Shown here: positions 8,736 to 12,658 of the stretch, piece by piece
Numbering within the stretch: position 1 is the stretch's first letter
How the letters are laid out: every line of letters begins with the position of its first letter
From: an uncultured Fibrobacterales bacterium
GTDB taxonomy: Bacteria > Fibrobacterota > Fibrobacteria > Fibrobacterales > CAWVXU01
Reading direction: 5' to 3'
Length of the DNA stretch: 12,658 nucleotides
Assembly: GCA_963934255.1 (NCBI GenBank)
Contig: CAWVXU010000076.1
Location: 1-12,658, forward strand
Notes under the pieces: generated by a model
What the model saw: the letters and a program-made list of their open reading frames with translations, nothing else
The model's database searches: none
What the model was told of the DNA's origin: nothing
Position numbers and translations under genes: made by a program

Positions 8736-9191
8736 TTATCGGCGTGGTTCAATTCCACTCTTACGAGCCATCTCAAACAAGATAGAGCGCACTTCGTCTT
8801 GTTTTTTGTCAATGACATAAAGGATCTCAATCTTACGAGCTTCTCTCCATGTGGCTGCATATTTGCGAGACCATTCATCTTTAATCACTTCGTTGTCGGA
8901 CTCACCCTCTTCAGCGCGAATCCATTTTTCTTTGTTAATCTCTTGAATAAGTGCTGCCATCTCAGAAGGCAAATGGATATATCCACGTTTGCCAACTAAA
9001 ATTTGAGTCGCCTCAATATAGGGATGTTTGACATCATTATCAATCAGAGTATCTGCAATAGATAGGATTGACACGTGATGTCGCTCGACAAAATCATTAA
9101 TCTGAACCTCAATGTCTTTAAGGTCTCCAGCTTCAAACTTCGCTTCCAGAGAGTTCTCTGGGTAATAAATTGATTTATAATCTTTTGTCAT
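8736..9191 (-). CDS. Hypothetical cytoplasmic protein (151 aa) with a DUF4032-like helical motif
   Basis: Fills the gap between neighbours exactly, ATG start, natural charged composition. EINKEKWIRAEE...EWSRKYAATWR resembles, from recall, the EILKHKWIESE...DW..K....WR motif of DUF4032-type proteins. Confidence 0.7.
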   Translation of the reverse strand: MTKDYKSIYYPENSLEAKFEAGDLKDIEVQINDFVERHHVSILSIADTLIDNDVKHPYIEATQILVGKRGYIHLPSEMAALIQEINKEKWIRAEEGESDNEVIKDEWSRKYAATWREARKIEILYVIDKKQDEVRSILFEMARKSGIEPRR

Positions 9192-9237
9192 GATGTAAAT
9201 TATAACAAATCAAAGCCAAATAGGTTATAATATTAAC
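9192..9237. promoter_or_regulatory. Symmetric divergent promoter with two consensus -10 boxes
   Basis: Inverted repeat ATTATAAC (9199-9206) / GTTATAAT (9224-9231). TATAAT on + at 9226-9231 is 6 nt before ATG 9238. TATAAT on - at 9204-9199 is 7 nt before ATG 9191. Confidence 0.7.
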
Positions 9238-10392
9238 ATGCATATAAATATCAAAACCGTACTTTTTTTGGCTTTTTTAGTTTGCCTTGAAGCATATGCT
9301 GGTTTTTTCCTAGAACCAGAGGTCCATTACTGGAACGGTCGGGTAGAAAAACAACAGAGATCTGTGTTAAAATGGGAGTCCATCGCACATGGTGAAACCA
9401 TTTTACATAACACTAAGCTTCGGACTTTTGCCGAATCTCAGATACAATTAAAATATTCTCCCGAGTGGTTTTTTAGTATCGGGCCAAACTCCTCAGTTGA
9501 CTATCTCTTTTCTCGTGGTGAGTCAGACCAGATACATCAGGTGAGTTTTTCTCTTCAATATGGTGAGACATTTTTTTCATTCCCTCAATGCCTTAGCTGT
9601 CAAAAGGCTCGTTTCTCATGGAATTTAGGTGATTATTTTCTCAAGGGGGAAAGTGCTGAGGTACTTCTGCAAAACTCGCCCGACGAGAAATTTATTTTTC
9701 TTTATGAGGGTTCTATCCAACTGAGTCTTGAGGGTAAGCAATATCTCCTCAAAGCACCTGTATTTGTGGATTTGCAAAGCAAAACACCATTGATCTTGCA
9801 TAAAAAACTCCCTGAACATAATTTTGATCTTTGGATTCCACCCATTGTGGAGCAGCAGTCGCTCAATAATCATCCCTCTCGTCGCAAAGCACTAGCGAGT
9901 CATATCCTAGTGAGCGACCCTGCCAGTAAGGTGAATTGGGACATCAAGAAATTATTTGAATCTTGGACCAGTGAGTACATGATGGACAAAACGGTACTCC
10001 ACCAAAATATTCAAAACATAAATGAGGTCCAAACAATCGAACCCAAGTTTAAGACTCTACTGAGTATAGATGTCAGTGAGTTTGATTTACAATCGAGTGC
10101 TTCCAACTGGACATTCAATGTCAAGATTGACGCCAAGATTACCAATATCCAGTCTAAAATTATTGAAGACCAGTGGACTTTTGAGCGAGTTTACAAAGGG
10201 GTGAGTCAAGAGGGTAGTGACTTGCGATTATTGAAATTTTTACCACTGAATTCCAAAAACAAGAAATTTGACAAATCCTTCTTTAATGGTTTCTGGGAGG
10301 ATTTTCAAAGTGAGCTCTTGATGCGTGGTATTGACCCCTTGTATGATGTTAATGGCAAGGGGGATAATGAGATTGATGTCATGTCTTGGTGA
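9238..10392 (+). CDS. Secreted protein with an N-terminal FecR-like domain and an uncharacterised C-terminal domain
   Basis: Signal peptide (KTVLFLAFLVCLEAYA). GETILHNTKLRTFAESQIQL...SIGPNSSV, LQYGE and LYEGSIQL follow the FecR beta-domain pattern. Confidence 0.65.
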   Translation: MHINIKTVLFLAFLVCLEAYAGFFLEPEVHYWNGRVEKQQRSVLKWESIAHGETILHNTKLRTFAESQIQLKYSPEWFFSIGPNSSVDYLFSRGESDQIHQVSFSLQYGETFFSFPQCLSCQKARFSWNLGDYFLKGESAEVLLQNSPDEKFIFLYEGSIQLSLEGKQYLLKAPVFVDLQSKTPLILHKKLPEHNFDLWIPPIVEQQSLNNHPSRRKALASHILVSDPASKVNWDIKKLFESWTSEYMMDKTVLHQNIQNINEVQTIEPKFKTLLSIDVSEFDLQSSASNWTFNVKIDAKITNIQSKIIEDQWTFERVYKGVSQEGSDLRLLKFLPLNSKNKKFDKSFFNGFWEDFQSELLMRGIDPLYDVNGKGDNEIDVMSW

Positions 10393-10503
10393 ATGCAATT
10401 CAAGCTGAGGACGTTAATTTGATTGAAATACCCTCCTAAAGCATCCTTGCTAAATTATTTCTATTATTCATTTCAACTCATTCCCCAGAGAATTGATAGT
10501 TTA

Positions 10504-11283
10504 ATGATCTTAATCCTACTTGCCACACTCTTTAGTCTAGGCTATTCCCAATCCGCTGACAACAAATTAGCTGAGTCGATGATGTCAATCTCTTCAGGAT
10601 GCTTCCAAATGGGGTCTGAAACTGGTGGCGATGATGAGAAACCCATCCATAAAGTGTGCTTAAAGTCCTTCAAGATGGATAAATACGAAGTCAGTCAAGA
10701 ACAATATCGTCAAGCCACCGGAGCAAGTCCATGGGATAAATGTTCTGGCCCCTACTGTACGCCTCCAAACCCTCAAGACCCTGCATATTTTGTCAACTGG
10801 GATGAAGCCAACTCCTACTGTCAAGCTCAAGGTAAGCGACTTCCGACAGAGGCAGAGTTTGAATATGCCACTCGAGCCGGGACAACGTCTATGTGGTTTT
10901 GGGGAGATGATGAGTCACGCCAATGTCAGTATGCAAATGTAGCTGATAAGTCCGCTAAGTCACAATTTCCGTCAATGGAATGGGCCAATAGTTGCGAAGA
11001 TGGATATGCCATGTTAGCTCCCGTAGGGAAGTATCAAGCCAATGCTTGGGGACTTCATGATATGACAGGAAATGTTTGGGAATGGGTCTCTGACTATTCT
11101 AGTGATGATTATTACAAAAGCTCTGCTTCAACTGATCCAACGGGTCCTACGAGCGGCTCCAATCGTGTGTTTCGCGGGGGCAGCTGGGGCAGCGGTGCTG
11201 CGCTTTTGCGTTCAGCCTTTCGCAGCGGAGATGCAGCCGAGCGTCGCAATGGCGTTCTTGGCTTCCGGTGTGCTCAGGACTAA
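10504..11283 (+). CDS. Secreted FGE-sulfatase (SUMF1/EgtB/PvdO family, CLec-fold) domain protein; candidate DGR target
   Basis: GCFQMGS, DEKPIHKV, KYEVSQ, VNWDEA..YC, RLPTEAEFEYATRAG, NAWGLHDMTGNVWEW, RGGSW, GFRC. A hydrophobic signal follows ATG 10504 (MILILLATLFSLGYS); the track's TTG 10423 start is less likely. Confidence 0.92.
   Translation: MILILLATLFSLGYSQSADNKLAESMMSISSGCFQMGSETGGDDEKPIHKVCLKSFKMDKYEVSQEQYRQATGASPWDKCSGPYCTPPNPQDPAYFVNWDEANSYCQAQGKRLPTEAEFEYATRAGTTSMWFWGDDESRQCQYANVADKSAKSQFPSMEWANSCEDGYAMLAPVGKYQANAWGLHDMTGNVWEWVSDYSSDDYYKSSASTDPTGPTSGSNRVFRGGSWGSGAALLRSAFRSGDAAERRNGVLGFRCAQD
11141..11283 (+). other. Putative DGR variable region (VR) and IMH
   Basis: Hand count over 11141-11280: 91/140 GC and 16/140 A, versus 22/60 GC in 11081-11140. 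NNY codons occupy the positions that are AAY in CLec-type DGR template repeats. Confidence 0.65.
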
Positions 11284-11344
11284 AGTTTTAAGGCTACATC
11301 CAACGAAGTAGAATTTAAATTCCCAAAATCGTATTGTTAGCCCT

Positions 11345-11350
11345 AGGAGG
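11345..11350 (+). promoter_or_regulatory. Shine-Dalgarno site of the GH16 gene
   Basis: AGGAGG 6 nt upstream of ATG 11357. Confidence 0.85.
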
Positions 11351-11356
11351 TTTAAT

Positions 11357-12463
11357 ATGCAATATCGTCTAAGTTGTTCACCACAAAACGACCTGACTCC
11401 TTCGAGTCTAGGCCTCTCCTCGCTTTTGGCACCTATCGTATTTCTGTTACTCATTGCCCTCACTACTTTAACCCAAGCTGCCCCCCCTTCCAACGATCTC
11501 ACCCTCGTGTGGCAAGATGAATTCGATGGCACAGATCTCGACTCAACCAAATGGAAGACGGCCCCAGAATGGTTTCGGCAAGGAGCTAGTTACTGGAGTC
11601 CGGATAACTATCACTTAAATGGCGCTGGTCGGCTGACCCTCAGTGTGACTGAATCAAATGGGATTGTGTATGCAGGGGCTATACGCACCCATAAACTATT
11701 TGATCAGACTTATGGCTACTTTGAAGTCAGATGTAAGCTTCCCCAGATCAAAGGTGGCTGGGCCGCGTTTTGGATGATGCCTTATGGAAATCATCCTGGG
11801 GATGCCGGGCGAGACGGAACTGAAATAGATATATTCGAAAGCATCAATGGTTGGAATAATAAAGTTCAACACGCTCTGCATTGGGATGGCTATGGCGTCG
11901 AGCATCAGAAGGTTTCTCAAAGCTTCACTCGATCTGACCTTTATGATGGAGGTTTCCATACTTTTGGAGTTTGGTGGACTGAGAACGAGTATATTTTTTA
12001 TATCGATAATGAAGAGACTTGGAGGACATCTGATGGTGGTGTTAGCCAAGTAAAGCAATATCTAAAACTGACTATGGAAGTGAGCAATGCTGATTGGCCA
12101 GGTAAGTGGTCCGAGCAAATAGAGAAGCCTATCCCTTGGATGATAGATTATGTGAGAGTCTATGAAGCTCAAGAGTCTGGGACTGTGAATATCCAAAAAG
12201 ACCCAAGCCATGCTCCTTTATACAGGCTTTCAATTTCAAATAATACAGTGAGAGTTTTGTTTGATAATCCGAGACACCTGCAAGATTACAAAATAGAGGT
12301 TTGGGATCTTAAGGGCTCTCTGATTTCAAAAGATTCCAAGATAGAGAGTGCTGATTACCTCATCAACTTGGCTGCATACACTGAGGGCGTTTATTTTGTT
12401 CGAGTGACTCATTTGAAATCAAACCAGATCACTGTGACTCCATTTCAACATCTTGCTCAATGA
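11357..12463 (+). CDS. Glycoside hydrolase family 16 with signal peptide and T9SS type A-like C-terminal sorting domain
   Basis: LVWQDEFDG, YGYFEVR, WAAFWM, catalytic EIDIFE (ExDxxE), FHTFGVWWT, FYID, IDYVRVY. The tail IEVWDLKG...INLAAYTEGVYFVRV matches the Por secretion tail pattern. Substrate cannot be determined by eye. Confidence 0.93.
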   Translation: MQYRLSCSPQNDLTPSSLGLSSLLAPIVFLLLIALTTLTQAAPPSNDLTLVWQDEFDGTDLDSTKWKTAPEWFRQGASYWSPDNYHLNGAGRLTLSVTESNGIVYAGAIRTHKLFDQTYGYFEVRCKLPQIKGGWAAFWMMPYGNHPGDAGRDGTEIDIFESINGWNNKVQHALHWDGYGVEHQKVSQSFTRSDLYDGGFHTFGVWWTENEYIFYIDNEETWRTSDGGVSQVKQYLKLTMEVSNADWPGKWSEQIEKPIPWMIDYVRVYEAQESGTVNIQKDPSHAPLYRLSISNNTVRVLFDNPRHLQDYKIEVWDLKGSLISKDSKIESADYLINLAAYTEGVYFVRVTHLKSNQITVTPFQHLAQ

Positions 12464-12623
12464 TATAGTTGAGAGGCCACCCAAATACTTACCTTTACAA
12501 TGCTTCTTGTTGATAAGCCCCTATAAGTATTTTTTATTGAATTAATTTGTTGCGTATTGAAATAAATTATTCATGACTCTATGACCTCTTCAATGTAACT
12601 GATATTGAATTTAGAATAACTTG

Positions 12624-12645
12624 AGTGACTGAATCTGTCACTTTT
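12624..12645 (+). terminator. Short hairpin: weak terminator or operator
   Basis: AGTGAC (12624-12629) / GTCACT (12637-12642), 7-nt loop, followed by TTT. Confidence 0.3.
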
Positions 12646-12658
12646 CTCAACACAGGTC

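Noticed and set aside
10423..10503. TTG-initiated extension of the FGE-domain ORF
   Set aside because: It would bury the signal peptide behind 27 atypical residues, and the stretch looks like AT-rich promoter DNA.
11378..11503. Repeated peptide PQNDLT / PSNDLT flanking the GH16 signal peptide
   Set aside because: Only 4-5 residues match and the codons differ, so it is too weak to call a duplication.
11212..11550. 112-aa minus-strand ORF spanning the FGE/GH16 junction, and the 79-aa ORF at 11072-11311
   Set aside because: Both overlap well-supported genes and have no motifs; the GC-rich patch reduces stop codons locally.
207..12058. Other short alternative-frame or antisense ORFs in the track (for example 224-514, 1105-1362, 4841-5128, 6455-6676, 9625-9873, 11696-12058)
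   Set aside because: All lie inside confidently assigned genes and show no recognisable domains.
1..12658. DGR template repeat, reverse transcriptase, CRISPR array, tRNA/rRNA, transposase or integrase
   Set aside because: By eye I found no second copy of 11141-11283, no RT motifs, no regularly spaced repeats and no RNA-gene or mobile-element signatures in the window.

Overview
Bacterial chromosomal window, roughly 40% GC by eye. The left two-thirds is housekeeping: a 5'-truncated ThiO/DAO-like FAD oxidoreductase, polA-coaE, then convergently a UbiA/DGGGP-synthase-like prenyltransferase with a long-form purF, and divergently rsgA with a small outer-membrane beta-barrel gene. The right third is accessory and mostly secreted: a DUF4032-like hypothetical and a FecR-domain protein sharing a symmetric 46-bp divergent promoter, an FGE-sulfatase (SUMF1, CLec-fold) protein, and a GH16 glycoside hydrolase with a T9SS-type C-terminal tail. 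The T9SS-like tail, Bacteroidota-style PurF and DGGGPS-like gene, together with Shine-Dalgarno sites, suggest an FCB-superphylum host, possibly Fibrobacterota (inference only). The strongest hidden signal is the last ~140 bp of the FGE-sulfatase gene. It is abruptly GC-rich and A-poor and has the codon pattern of a diversity-generating retroelement (DGR) variable region, yet no template repeat or reverse transcriptase is visible in the window, so it may be a remote DGR target.
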